Shown here one piece after another: positions 46,015-56,095 of a stretch of 64,000 nucleotides of DNA. The notes under the pieces are model-generated. The model made no database searches and was not told the origin of the DNA. It worked only from the letters and a program-made list of their open reading frames with translations. The position numbers were made by a program, and so were the translations under genes. The stretch comes from a virus (Duplodnaviria; Caudoviricetes), in IMG/VR virus record IMGVR_UViG_2919450847_000005, positions 19,130-83,129 of that record, one strand, 5' to 3'. Every line of letters starts with the position of its first letter. Position 1 is the stretch's first letter.

Positions 46015-46529
46015 TGCCCTATCTGTCGGACCGTCAGCGTGTCGAAATCTCCCTGCCGCCCCAGGTGATGCTGGGCGTCGTCATCGCCGGCGTCGACCGC
46101 GAGGACGCGGACTACCGGCGCGCACTGGATCTCCTGAAGGTCGCCGCGCGCGAGCCCATCGACGACCTTCCTGAAGACCGGGCCCACAAGATCCTCGAGC
46201 GCGTTCGCCGCGTTCATAAGGAAGTGCTCGGCCCGTATTCCGGCGAGGGGCAAGACGTCGCGAAGTTCGGACTCGTCGCCTTCTACTGGATCAAGGCGAT
46301 GGTCGAGACCGGCTATTTCGTCTTCGCCGAGGGTTCGGCGATCGACGAGGCCATGACCCTTTTCATCGGCGCGATCGAACACCGCGCCCAAGTGCCCGCC
46401 ATCGATGCGTCAGCACAGAAGCAGGCCCGGAAACTGATCCGGTCGCTGCAGGCGCTTGGCTACTACCGCGGCTTGGATCTGCTGGCTGTCGGCGGCGCGC
46501 CCACCAACAATCAGGACCGCGCAGCATGA
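46014..46529 (+). CDS. Hypothetical protein
   Basis: Coupled ORF. Confidence 0.65.
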   Translation: MPYLSDRQRVEISLPPQVMLGVVIAGVDREDADYRRALDLLKVAAREPIDDLPEDRAHKILERVRRVHKEVLGPYSGEGQDVAKFGLVAFYWIKAMVETGYFVFAEGSAIDEAMTLFIGAIEHRAQVPAIDASAQKQARKLIRSLQALGYYRGLDLLAVGGAPTNNQDRAA

Positions 46530-46927
46530 TGACCAATGACGAAAAGGAGGCCGTCGGCGCCTTCTTCGAGCGCGTGAAGGTCGAGACCGACCGCCGCCTC
46601 GCCGCCAGCAAGCAGAGGGGCGTCCCGCCGCAGATGGCGAAAGTCGCGGCGGCGCAGAATGCGCTGCGCGGCTGCATGGAAGTCGTCTTCGACCACTGCC
46701 TCCCCTACGACCAGCTGTTCGTCATGGAGATGGCGATACGGCTGGCCTCCTACGCAATCAGCTCCGCGCCCATCGAGGCGCACAAGAAGATGTGCGAGCT
46801 CGTGGCGGAAGCTCTGCCCGGCGCTCTGGAACGGCGGGTCCGCGAGGGCATCGCCATGCACACGCAGTGGGGTACCGGTCCCGGAGACGCCTCCCCCAAC
46901 ATTCCGAGCAAGGGGGACATCCAGTGA
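46526..46927 (+). CDS. Hypothetical protein
   Basis: Coupled ORF. Confidence 0.65.
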   Translation: MMTNDEKEAVGAFFERVKVETDRRLAASKQRGVPPQMAKVAAAQNALRGCMEVVFDHCLPYDQLFVMEMAIRLASYAISSAPIEAHKKMCELVAEALPGALERRVREGIAMHTQWGTGPGDASPNIPSKGDIQ

Positions 46928-47391
46928 TGCCGCACCCCTGCGCCTCTGGGCATAAATGGAAGTTCCTCGGCGGCAAGAACTGCGGCTGCCATCCCGATGC
47001 GTCGTGCTCGCTGCCGGTCCACGAATGCGAGGTCTGTGGCGATTGCGACTACGGTGACACGGCGGCCGCGCACAAGATCATCCGGGAGTGCCCCGAAGCC
47101 GCCGAGTGCAAGGCGAAGGGCTACGCCGGGTTGCCGGCGCTGCATCTCACCAAGGCCGAGTTCGACGATCTCGACGAGTACAGCGCCTCGCTGCCAACCG
47201 GCAATACGCCCGGCAAGCGGTGGAAGCGGCACGATGGCGCCTTCGACCCCGGGTTCATCGCCGCCGGCGGCAAGCCGACCTGGCTGATCGGCGAGTACAA
47301 GGCGCTCTTCGGTCGCGACGATTGCATCATGGTGGTTTGGCACATCCCGGTGCCGCGTCTCGACGCGCCCCTGTCTGGAGGGGCGGCATGA
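46927..47391 (+). CDS. Cys-rich hypothetical protein
   Basis: TGATG coupling; MPHPCASGHKW...CEVCGDCD. Confidence 0.6.
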   Translation: MPHPCASGHKWKFLGGKNCGCHPDASCSLPVHECEVCGDCDYGDTAAAHKIIRECPEAAECKAKGYAGLPALHLTKAEFDDLDEYSASLPTGNTPGKRWKRHDGAFDPGFIAAGGKPTWLIGEYKALFGRDDCIMVVWHIPVPRLDAPLSGGAA

Positions 47392-49400
47392 AGACTGGCG
47401 CCAATTTCCTCGACGAGCTCGTCATCGACAGCTTCGCATGCGGCGGAGGGACATCCGAGGGCATCGAGATCGCGCTTGGCCGCGGCCCTGATATCGCGGT
47501 GAACCATGACGAGTACGCGCTCGCCATGCACCGGGCAAACCATCCCGGCACCAAGCACATGATTCAGGATGTCGCGACCGTCGATGCCGTCGGCATGTGC
47601 GCCGGGCGGCCGATCGGCATGCTCTGGATGTCGCCGGACTGCACCGACCATAGTAAGGCGAAGGGAGCGGCGCCGAACCGCGTCGGCGTGAACACGCGCG
47701 GCATCGGCTGGGCCATCGTCGGCTGGGTAAAGGCCCTGCCGAAATGGCAGCGCCCGCGGGTCGTCTTCCTCGAGAACGTCGGAGAATATGTCGACTGGTC
47801 GCCCCTGCTGGAGAACGGCAAGCGTGACCCGAACCGCAAGGGAGCGACCTTCAAGGCCTTCGTCGCGGCGTGGCGTTCCCTCGGCTATACCAAAATCGAG
47901 TGGCGCATGCGCCGTGCCTGGAAGGACGGCGCCGGCACGATCCGCGACCGCCTCTACATGGTCATGCGCTGCGACGACGAGGAGATCGTCTGGCCGGAAC
48001 CGACGCATGGCAACCCGGACGACCCCACCGATGCCGCGCGCATCGCCGCAGGCGAGCTCCAGCCGTGGGTGCGCGTCGCCGACTGCCTGGACTTCTCCCT
48101 GCCGTGTCCGTCGATCTTCGACACCGCCGCCGAGATCAAGGCGAAGCACGGGCTGCGGGCCAAGCGGCCGCTTGTCTTCAACACCATGGCCCGGGTCGCC
48201 AAAGGCACCAAGCGCCACGTCATCGATGCGGCGCGCGCCGGCAAAGCATTTGTCGTCAAGGTGAACCACACCGGCCGGGACGAGGCCCGCGATCGCCCTG
48301 CCGACGCTCCCCTGTCCGCCACGACCAGCAAGCGAGACGACGCGCTCGTCACGCCATTCATCACGAAGTTCCGCAGCGGTTCGGTTGGGCACGCGGCGAC
48401 GGAGCCGACGCACACGATCACCGCGCACAGCAGCGAGACGCACGGCGGCGGCGCCGCGCCTCTCGGCCTTGTTGCCCCCATCATTGCCTATGCCCAGCAT
48501 GGCGGGGCTACGCGCTCGGCCGAGGTACCGGTCCATACGCTTACCGCATCGCCGAAGGACCAGAACAGCCTGATCGCCGTACACGTCACGCGGCAGTTCG
48601 GCAAATCGACTGGTCGCGACGCCTCTGACCCGGGCGGCACGGATATGGCCGGCGGCGGCGGCAAGTCAGGTGTGGTTGCCGCCTTCCTCGCGCAGCACAA
48701 TGGCGGCCCACGCCCCGGCTCGCCCGCACATGGTGCTGATGAACCGGTCTCGACGATCGCCACGGCCGGCGCGCAGCAGCAGCTCGTCGCCGCCGCCATG
48801 ATGACCCTGCGCGGCAGCGACCGGCGCGATGCTGGCGCCGACGAGCCGGCGCGCACCTTCTCCGCGAAGGGGCAACACAGCGCGCTGCTCTCCCTGCCGC
48901 TGATGACGGTCTACTACGGCATGGACGACGACGGCGCGCCGGCTGACCAGCCGAGCCGCACCGAGACGGCCAAGCCCCGTTTCGGGCTCGTCGACGTGCT
49001 TGCCAGCGCTCCGCCCTTCACGGCCGAAAACGAGGCGCGTGCCCGCCAGGTTGCGGAGTTCCTGCGCGCGCACGGCTGCTGGAATGGCGGCGAGTTCGTC
49101 ACCATCGAAATCAACGGCGTGACCTATGTCCTGGTCGACATCGGCATGCGCATGCTGACGACGCGCGAACGGTTCACCGCAAACGGATTCCCGCCGGACT
49201 ACATCATCGACCACGGCATTGACGAGAACGGGAACCGTATCGATTTCTCGCTCGAGCAGCAGGGCTACATGTGCGGCAACGCGGTATGCCCGCCGGTCGC
49301 CGCGGCGCTGGTGCGAGCGAACTATCGGCCTCGCCAAGTGCGGGCTCCCCGGCGACGCTCCTGCGATTCCGTGCCCCTCTTCCAGGAGGCCGCGGAATGA
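47388..49400 (+). CDS. C5-cytosine DNA methyltransferase with long repetitive variable region
   Basis: DSFACGGG, SPDC, LENV, RDRLY, GNAVCP. Confidence 0.9.
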   Translation: MKTGANFLDELVIDSFACGGGTSEGIEIALGRGPDIAVNHDEYALAMHRANHPGTKHMIQDVATVDAVGMCAGRPIGMLWMSPDCTDHSKAKGAAPNRVGVNTRGIGWAIVGWVKALPKWQRPRVVFLENVGEYVDWSPLLENGKRDPNRKGATFKAFVAAWRSLGYTKIEWRMRRAWKDGAGTIRDRLYMVMRCDDEEIVWPEPTHGNPDDPTDAARIAAGELQPWVRVADCLDFSLPCPSIFDTAAEIKAKHGLRAKRPLVFNTMARVAKGTKRHVIDAARAGKAFVVKVNHTGRDEARDRPADAPLSATTSKRDDALVTPFITKFRSGSVGHAATEPTHTITAHSSETHGGGAAPLGLVAPIIAYAQHGGATRSAEVPVHTLTASPKDQNSLIAVHVTRQFGKSTGRDASDPGGTDMAGGGGKSGVVAAFLAQHNGGPRPGSPAHGADEPVSTIATAGAQQQLVAAAMMTLRGSDRRDAGADEPARTFSAKGQHSALLSLPLMTVYYGMDDDGAPADQPSRTETAKPRFGLVDVLASAPPFTAENEARARQVAEFLRAHGCWNGGEFVTIEINGVTYVLVDIGMRMLTTRERFTANGFPPDYIIDHGIDENGNRIDFSLEQQGYMCGNAVCPPVAAALVRANYRPRQVRAPRRRSCDSVPLFQEAAE

Positions 49401-50497
49401 CGCAGTGGTCCCCCCAGCAGAACGAGGCCCTGTCCAAGGCCGGTGCGTGGCTGCGCCTGAAGTATGCGCCAACCTTTTATCTCGCTGGCTATGCCGGCAC
49501 CGGCAAGACGACCCTCGCCAAGTTCCTGGCGGGGCACGCCAAGGGGAAGGTGGCCTTCGCCGCCTATACCGGCAAGGCGGCGGCGGTCATGCGCTCGAAG
49601 GGGTGCAAAGGCGCATCGACGATTCACGGGCTCATTTACAACACGGACACCGATCCCAACACCGGCGCGCTGACCACGAAGCTGGTCCCGCCGGGCTCAC
49701 TGGACGACTATTGTTTGATCGTCGTCGACGAGGTGTCGATGGTCGACGAGGTCGTGGGCAAGGATCTCCTCTCTTTCGGCATCCCTGTCCTCGTGCTCGG
49801 CGATCCCGAACAGTTGCCGCCTGTGAACGGCGCCGGCTACTTCACCAACCGCGACCCGGACTACCTGCTGACCGAGATACACCGGCAGGCGGCCGAGAGC
49901 CCGATCGTCCGGCTCGCCACCGAGATCCGCGAGGGTAGATTCACGCCGCGCCCGATCAAGGAGCCGGGCCTCGTCGTATGCGACCGCCATAGCCTCGTCC
50001 CCGGGGATGTCACGAAGGCCAATGTGGTGATCGTCGGGAAGAACGAGACCCGACAGAAGTTCAATAGGCGGCTGCGCCAGCTCGCCGGGCGGTCTAGTCG
50101 GATCCCGCACGCCGGCGAGACGCTGATCTGCCTACGCAACGACCACGAGACCGGCATCTTCAACGGCGAGATCTTCTCGGTGGTAACCGCCAAGCTGGGA
50201 AGCGCCGCGGTCTCACTGCGGTTGCAGAGCCCGGACGGCGATGGCCGGCTGATCGACGTCAACGTGTTGCAGGACTTTTTCGACGACGACGTCGCGGCGG
50301 CCAAGCTCTCTTATCGTGACCTATACGGCACCCAGCAATTGACCTAGGGCTACGCGATCACCTGCCACAAGTCGCAGGGCTCCCAATGGGGCAACGTCTG
50401 CGTGTTCAACGACAGCCACATCTTCCGCGAGGACGCCAGCCGCTGGCTTTACACGGCGGTCACCCGCGCCTCGCAACATCTAACCTTGGTGATCTAA
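49397..50497 (+). pseudogene. RecD/Dda-like SF1B helicase interrupted by an in-frame TAG (50345-50347)
   Basis: GYAGTGKT, VDEVSM, GDPEQL, HRQA; after the TAG the frame continues GYAITCHKSQGSQW...LYTAVTRA to TAA 50497. Confidence 0.85.
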
Positions 50498-50498
50498 C

Positions 50499-50741
50499 AT
50501 GAAGATTCAGAAACTCTCCATCGTCATCGGTGGGCATAAGACCAGCATTTCGCTGGAGCCGGAGTTCTACGAGGCCATCAAGGACGTCGCCCGCCGGCGG
50601 GATATGACCGTCAGCGCCTTGGTGGCCGAGATCGATGCCGACCGCGGCGAGGCGACGAACCTCTCCTCGCACATCAGGCTGCACGTGCTGGCGGACCTTC
50701 AACGCCGTGCGGCTCTGGCGGGAGATCGGGCCGATGTCTGA
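50499..50741 (+). CDS. Ribbon-helix-helix protein
   Basis: GHKTSISLEPEF...SALVAEID...NLSSHIR. Confidence 0.85.
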   Translation: MKIQKLSIVIGGHKTSISLEPEFYEAIKDVARRRDMTVSALVAEIDADRGEATNLSSHIRLHVLADLQRRAALAGDRADV

Positions 50742-51051
50742 CGTGTGCAAGGACACGATCAAGATCGACGATGGTGGCCCGGCGTTCCCGGTGATGCCTC
50801 CCCTGGACACGAGCGGATTCGTCGGTTCGGCCAGTGGCTATCCCTATCCGAGCGCTGGCCTGTCCAAGCGGGAGTGGTTCGCCGGCTTGGCTCTGATTCA
50901 GCACGCCAACCTGATCACGCTCACGAAGGACAACCCATTCGTCCGCGCACAAATGAACGTCATTGCAGAGATTTGCTACGCTCAGGCCGATGCGATGATC
51001 GCCGCCGGCAGTCAGGCGGGTGATCGTCCGGACGGGGGCGCCGATGCGTGA
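50734..51051 (+). CDS. Phage hypothetical protein (GGPAFP motif)
   Basis: DGGPAFP...GLSKREWFA...ADAMI. Confidence 0.75.
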   Translation: MSDVCKDTIKIDDGGPAFPVMPPLDTSGFVGSASGYPYPSAGLSKREWFAGLALIQHANLITLTKDNPFVRAQMNVIAEICYAQADAMIAAGSQAGDRPDGGADA

Positions 51052-51406
51052 CGCGCTCGCGAAGTTCATGGCGGCCGGCCGCCGGCTCACCGAGATCGAA
51101 GAGATGGCGAAGGCGGCCGAGTACCTGCCGACCAGCTACGCGAACGCGATCGAGCGGGTCGCGGTTAGCGGCGAAGGCTACTACAGCCGCGCCACACCCG
51201 AGGACATCGAGCGCGTCAAGGCTGCGCAGAAGGCGCTTGCCGCCGAGGAGCGCCGGCGCGGCGAGATCGACCGCGACGACAAGCTCCGCGCCCTCGGGCT
51301 CGAACTCGACGCGATCCGGGTGACGCTCCCCGGCTTGGCCGCCGCTGCGTCGATCGAGCTTGGTGCGATCGCCCGCCGGATGATGGGAGGCGGCAATGGC
51401 CGATAA
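51044..51406 (+). CDS. Hypothetical protein
   Basis: Coupled ORF. Confidence 0.6.
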   Translation: MRDALAKFMAAGRRLTEIEEMAKAAEYLPTSYANAIERVAVSGEGYYSRATPEDIERVKAAQKALAAEERRRGEIDRDDKLRALGLELDAIRVTLPGLAAAASIELGAIARRMMGGGNGR

Positions 51407-51755
51407 GCAGGCATGGAAGGTCGGCGAGTACGCGATGTCGCGCGGGATGCCGATCCGAGTGAACGAGATAGACGGCAAGGCTGTGACGCTGGAATTGGTC
51501 GCGGATTATCGCGAGGGGGTCGGCATTACCTGCGGCGGCTATTGCAGCGGCGGCGGGCAGCTTGGAGACCTCAAGCCGATCACCGATCCCGAGATGATCC
51601 TGCGGTGTCGAGCCTATGAAGCCTATCGGCGGATCAAAGAGGCGAAGAGCACCATCGTCGAACAGGAGAAGGTTCTCGCCGCCCAGACGGCCGGCCTGCG
51701 CGCCCTGCAGGACGCACATAAGGCCGCCGCCGAGGAGGGCGCCGCCAATGGCTGA
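51396..51755 (+). CDS. Hypothetical protein
   Basis: GGAGG RBS. Confidence 0.6.
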   Translation: MADKQAWKVGEYAMSRGMPIRVNEIDGKAVTLELVADYREGVGITCGGYCSGGGQLGDLKPITDPEMILRCRAYEAYRRIKEAKSTIVEQEKVLAAQTAGLRALQDAHKAAAEEGAANG

Positions 51756-52353
51756 GGCTTTCCCCCTCTCGTGGCCGGAAGGCTGGGAGCGCACGCCGGC
51801 GGCGCAGCGGAAGGCGTCGAAGTTCCGCACGCGCTACGCCGAGGCTTACGACAACCTGATGCGCGAGCTCGGGCTCCTCGGCGCCTCCTCGATCGTCGTC
51901 TCGACGAATGCGCCGCTGCGCCGCGACGGTCGCCCCTATACCGACTTCATGGAGGACGACGTCGCCGAACCCGGCGTCGCCGTCTACTTCCTCCTCAAGG
52001 GCCAGCCGCGCGTCATGGCTCGCGACGGGCACCCGAGGCCGGTCGAGAACCTGCACGCGATCGGGCACGTCATCGCGCACCTTCGGGGGATCGAGCGCCA
52101 CGGCGGCTCGGCGATGATGATGAAGAGCTTCGACGGGTTCTCGGCGCTGCCGGCGCCGGGCGCCAAGCGGTCGTGGATGGACGTCCTCGACTTCAAGCCG
52201 AACGACCGATCGCAGATCACCGCCGAGATCATCAAGTCGCGCTTCGCCCGGCTCGCGACGATCCGTCACCCCGACAAGCCCGGCGGCTCGCACGACGCGA
52301 TGTCGGAGCTCAACCGCGCCCGCGACGAGGCGTTGAAGGAAATTGGATCATGA
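51748..52353 (+). CDS. Phage J-domain (DnaJ-like) protein
   Basis: FPLSWPEGW; C-terminal HPDKPGG...ELNRARD. Confidence 0.88.
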   Translation: MAEAFPLSWPEGWERTPAAQRKASKFRTRYAEAYDNLMRELGLLGASSIVVSTNAPLRRDGRPYTDFMEDDVAEPGVAVYFLLKGQPRVMARDGHPRPVENLHAIGHVIAHLRGIERHGGSAMMMKSFDGFSALPAPGAKRSWMDVLDFKPNDRSQITAEIIKSRFARLATIRHPDKPGGSHDAMSELNRARDEALKEIGS

Positions 52354-52712
52354 AGCTGGATCGAAACCTCAACGCCGAGGGCGATGGGAAATACGCGCTG
52401 ATCAGGAAGCGCCGCATTCGCGAGATCCGGGCGCAAGCGGCCGGCGGCGACCAGTCTGCCATCGCCGATGCGGAACTCATGGATTCTGCGCTTGCCGTGC
52501 TCGAGGAGCTCGGAGTGCTTGATGACTCGGTCGTTGGGACCGAGGGGGAATTCTTCGTGTTCAGGCTTCGCGACGTGTTCGCGGAGCCAGCGCTACGCGC
52601 CTATGCCCAAGCCGTTCGTGCCACGGGCGATGGCGACGAGTACGCGGCCGAGATCGACGAGATGGCCGACCGCTCCGGCCCCCACAACCCGCACTGCAAA
52701 TACCCGGATTGA
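52350..52712 (+). CDS. Hypothetical protein
   Basis: EFFVFRLRDVFAEPALRAYA. Confidence 0.7.
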   Translation: MKLDRNLNAEGDGKYALIRKRRIREIRAQAAGGDQSAIADAELMDSALAVLEELGVLDDSVVGTEGEFFVFRLRDVFAEPALRAYAQAVRATGDGDEYAAEIDEMADRSGPHNPHCKYPD

Positions 52713-52721
52713 GGCGCTGCC

Positions 52722-53099
52722 ATGAAGCCGCGCCGCTTACGATCTGAAGAGTCCATGTTCCTGAAGATGTTCCGCAGCGATGCGGCCATCGAGCAGGGGC
52801 GCCGCTGCGCATACTGCACCGAGCCGATGCTTAAGGTGGAGTTCACCGCTGACCATGTGATGCCGCGTTCGCGCGGCGGCACGACAAAGCGCGAGAACAT
52901 CAAGGCCTGCTGCGGCGCCTGCAACCGGGCCAAGGGCAGCATGTCGGTGAAAGCATTCATGTCCGTTATCAGTTACCCGCCTAAGGGGGCGTCGCTCGCG
53001 ATCCTGCGGGCCCACATGCGCCGGCGGATCTGGAGGCGGGCGCATCTGGCGTGTCAGCGCATCGAACGCGCGGCGGGCATAACCAGGGAGAGCAGGTGA
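52722..53099 (+). CDS. HNH endonuclease
   Basis: CAYC...TADHVMPRSRGG...ENIKACCGACNRAKG. Confidence 0.9.
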   Translation: MKPRRLRSEESMFLKMFRSDAAIEQGRRCAYCTEPMLKVEFTADHVMPRSRGGTTKRENIKACCGACNRAKGSMSVKAFMSVISYPPKGASLAILRAHMRRRIWRRAHLACQRIERAAGITRESR

Positions 53100-53395
53100 T
53101 GGGACAAGTATTCACCCCTGAGGAGGTCGCCGAGCGGTGGAAGTGCTCGCCTTCGTTCGTGCGGCGGCTGGCGGCCAATGGCAAGATGCCGGGCAGCTTC
53201 CGTCTCGGCGGCAAGCTCCTGCGGATTCCTCTTGAGACCATCGAGGCAATCGAATGTCAGAACCAGAGTACCGTTTCCAGCGCTTCCGAGGCGGCTGGGC
53301 CATTGCAGAATACCGAGACGGCGAGCGCGTCTCGCGTCACCAGCTTGAGAGCGGAGATGCGGTTGCGGCGGCTGAGGAGTTCCGCTCCATCGTAG
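53099..53395 (+). CDS. Excisionase-like HTH protein
   Basis: TPEEVAERWKCSPSFVRRL...LLRIP; overlaps int. Confidence 0.8.
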   Translation: MGQVFTPEEVAERWKCSPSFVRRLAANGKMPGSFRLGGKLLRIPLETIEAIECQNQSTVSSASEAAGPLQNTETASASRVTSLRAEMRLRRLRSSAPS

Positions 53396-54288
53396 CGGCT
53401 CGCGAGCGCGCGTCCTCGCCCGACATCGCCACGCTCTGGGCGAAGTATCGCAAGGACCGCGAGGGGCGCGTCATCGCCGGCAACATGGAGTTCTCAGGAC
53501 GGGCCATCCTGCCGTTCTTCGGCAAGATGAAGCCTGCAGGGATCACCACTACTCTGTGCCGCGACTACGTCGCCCGCCGGCGGCAGATGGGGCGGCAGGA
53601 CGGAACGATCTGGACCGAGCTCGGACATCTGCGCACGATGTTGAGATGGGCGGAGAAGGAGAAGCTGATCGACGAGGCACCGAGCATCGAGCGACCGCGT
53701 CAGCCGCCGCCAAAGACCCGGCACCTGACACGCTCCCAGTTCGAGACGTTGCTCGATGCCGCCGAGATGCCGCATATCCGGCTGTTCATGATCCTCGCGA
53801 TCGGCACGGCGGCGCGCGAGCAGGCGATTCTCGGTCTCACGTGGGACCGGGTGAAGTTCGAGCGCGGCCGCATCGAGCTGCACGACCCGGAGATGGACCA
53901 GCCTGTGAAGGGGAGGGCCGTGGTGCCGATGACTGCCAGCGCCCGGGCAGCTTTGCAGAGCGCTCAGGCCGGCGCGCGCTCCCCGTTCGTGATCGAATGG
54001 GCGGGGCAGCGGGTCAAGAAGGTGCGGAAGGGGCTCGACAAGACCGCCGAGCGGGCCTGCAAGATCGACCCCAGCATCGGATCGATCAGTCCCCACCTGT
54101 TCCGGCACAGCGCCGCGGTGTGGATGGCGGAGGCCGGGAGGCCGATGGCGGAGATCGCCCAGTACCTCGGGCACGCCGATAGCCGCATCACCGAGCGGGT
54201 CTACGCCAGGTTCAGCCCTGACTATCTGCGGGAGGCAGCCGACGCCCTCGAAGTCGGAAAAGTGAGGAGTGTCCCCAGGTTCGCCTGA
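53254..54288 (+). CDS. Tyrosine recombinase / integrase
   Basis: TAAR, HLFRHSAA, YLGH, RVYAR; next to the att site. Confidence 0.93.
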   Translation: MSEPEYRFQRFRGGWAIAEYRDGERVSRHQLESGDAVAAAEEFRSIVAARERASSPDIATLWAKYRKDREGRVIAGNMEFSGRAILPFFGKMKPAGITTTLCRDYVARRRQMGRQDGTIWTELGHLRTMLRWAEKEKLIDEAPSIERPRQPPPKTRHLTRSQFETLLDAAEMPHIRLFMILAIGTAAREQAILGLTWDRVKFERGRIELHDPEMDQPVKGRAVVPMTASARAALQSAQAGARSPFVIEWAGQRVKKVRKGLDKTAERACKIDPSIGSISPHLFRHSAAVWMAEAGRPMAEIAQYLGHADSRITERVYARFSPDYLREAADALEVGKVRSVPRFA

Positions 54289-54386
54289 ACCTGCGAAGGG
54301 CATTTCCCAGCCGCCCTGGCGCGGAGGGCGCGGAACTTACACGGAACCGTCGCGGACGAAACGTGAAAGTCACCGGGAGCACATTT

Positions 54387-54431
54387 TTCACACGGGAGGG
54401 GTCACAGGTTCAATCCCTGTATCGCCCACCA
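54387..54431 (+). repeat. att site: 3' fragment of tRNA-Val(CAC), anticodon loop to CCA
   Basis: TTCACAC-GGGAG-GGGTC-ACAGG-TTCAATC-CCTGT-ATCGCCC-ACCA; no pairing 5' half upstream. Confidence 0.85.
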
Positions 54432-54798
54432 TCGATCTTCCCCCTTATGTCTCGAAGCGGTCGGCGGCGCAGGCGCGCCGAGGCATGACGCGCGGCCACA
54501 GCGAGCGGTGGCGCTATCGTCGTTCGGCGCGAGGCTCAATCGCTTCGCGCTCGCGCGCGATGGGACGAGCCGAGCGGCTTGTCGGCGGATCGACGCGACA
54601 TCGTCCCGCCGAAGGGCGTGCTCTGCGCCCTATCCGGCAATGTCGACCGCTTCAGTTCCCCGAGCCCCTATCTCGGCACGCATGAGGGCATGGCGGTGGC
54701 CATGCGACCGGCAGCGACGGAACTCGGCGCCGCCGCGGCTCGCCATCGCGGGCGGGCGGCTGATCGGGCGCCGGACGCGCCGGCGGCTTTCACCGCGT

Positions 54799-55179
54799 TC
54801 AAGGACGCCTTTTCGTCCGTCCGCCACCGGAGAGCACGGCGGCGGCGCCGAGAATGGCGGTGAGCTGGGAGGAGAGCGAATCGACGCTCGGCGGCGTGCC
54901 GTCGGCGATGTCGAGCCCCAGCGAGTAGGCGCCGCCGATCAGCGCGACCAGGGCGCCCAGCGTCACGCGCGACTGGTACCAGGGCCGCGCGCCGCCGGCG
55001 TGATCCGGGCGGGCGAGGGCGTCCCGCATTGCCGGCTGCCGGCGCAGTTCGGCCACCACTTGTGTCGCGATCTCCTCCGCCGCTTCGGGAGGTGCCGGAT
55101 TATCCGGCGAGCGGATCACGGTGAGGACGGCGCCGCGCACGGCATGGGTGAGAGTGTCTTCCGGAGTGATCATGGGCAA
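54799..55179 (-). CDS. Holin-like membrane protein
   Basis: PWYQSRVTLGALVALIGG; two hydrophobic segments; directly after lysozyme. Confidence 0.55.
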   Translation of the reverse strand: MPMITPEDTLTHAVRGAVLTVIRSPDNPAPPEAAEEIATQVVAELRRQPAMRDALARPDHAGGARPWYQSRVTLGALVALIGGAYSLGLDIADGTPPSVDSLSSQLTAILGAAAVLSGGGRTKRRP

Positions 55180-55191
55180 CTCCCTGCGGAC

Positions 55192-55881
55192 TCAACGGAT
55201 GGGGAACAGATCGCCGGCAAAGGCCGCGGCCGGCGCGGTCGCCGGCCGGGGCGGGGCGGCGGCCGGGTGAAGGGTGGCGGAGGGGGAGGGCGGCGCCTGC
55301 GAGGGCGGGTGGACGGGCGTACCCGTTCCCGCGCCCAGCGCCACGGCCATCGCAGCGCGTATGTCGATGCGCCGGGCGCTCGACCGCTCCGGCGTGGCGC
55401 CGGCGGTGAGGCGGGTGAACTCGGTCACGCCGCCGTCAAATGACCATGCGGCATCGAAGAACAGCGCGCATTCCTGCCGCCGGCGGGGGAGGATCGCCGC
55501 CGGCCGGCTCCAGTCCATGAACGCCCGGCGGGCGCCGGCGGTATCGCCGGCCCGCCACAGGCGCACCCAGCCGGCACGCGCGATCGCGCCGGTGTTGTAG
55601 TGGAAGGACAGCGCGGCCGCGAACTGCGCCTGGGTCAGCACCCGGCCGCGAAAGGCGTCGCGCACGGCGGGGGCGTATCGGCGTTCCAGCAGCCAGACAT
55701 AGACCGCCAGGCAGTGCTCCAGCGCCTGCGGCCGGCCGATATAGCGGGTGACATCGTGGCCGGAGGCGCTGGTGACGCCGATCGACCACGTCCAGACCCC
55801 CTCGCTGTCCCTGTAGGCCTGACGCACCAGCCCCTCATGCGAGGCGAGCTCGAGCGCGACATCGGTGTCGATGCGGTTCAT
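55192..55881 (-). CDS. GH24 phage lysozyme
   Basis: HEGLVRQAYRDSEGVWTWSIG (E-x8-D-x5-T); LSFHYNTG; RRRQE. Confidence 0.9.
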   Translation of the reverse strand: MNRIDTDVALELASHEGLVRQAYRDSEGVWTWSIGVTSASGHDVTRYIGRPQALEHCLAVYVWLLERRYAPAVRDAFRGRVLTQAQFAAALSFHYNTGAIARAGWVRLWRAGDTAGARRAFMDWSRPAAILPRRRQECALFFDAAWSFDGGVTEFTRLTAGATPERSSARRIDIRAAMAVALGAGTGTPVHPPSQAPPSPSATLHPAAAPPRPATAPAAAFAGDLFPIR

Positions 55882-56095
55882 GTCGGTGCTCCGTGTGGGA
55901 GAGAAGGGCCGCCCGCAGACGGCCCGGAGATCCGGGATTGCCGGCGCCTCATGCGCGGCGCTCCCCGCGCCGGCGGTCGCGCGGGAAGCGATTGGCGGGA
56001 GCGAGGCCCCGTCCGCCTTCGGCCGGTTCCGGCGTCTCACCGGAACCCCTGTGCGGGTGCCTGCGGCCGCGATGGGTCAGGTCGGGCCGCAGAAA

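Larger units (their letters stand above)
1..54431. mobile_element. Integrated temperate prophage; left end lies outside the window, right end at the tRNA-Val att site
   Basis: Contiguous head, baseplate, replication, cI/cro, recombination and xis/int modules ending at a tRNA 3' fragment. Confidence 0.95.

Noticed and set aside
50345-50347. Genome-wide TAG recoding
   Set aside because: TAG acts as a normal stop elsewhere (16222, 22273, 25197); only one interrupted gene was seen.
54360-54431. Intact tRNA-Val gene
   Set aside because: Only the 3' half is present; the upstream sequence cannot form the acceptor, D or anticodon stems, so it is an att fragment.
54780-54850. Possible frameshift at the 3' end of the holin-like gene
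   Set aside because: The ending looks atypical but cannot be judged without homolog alignment.
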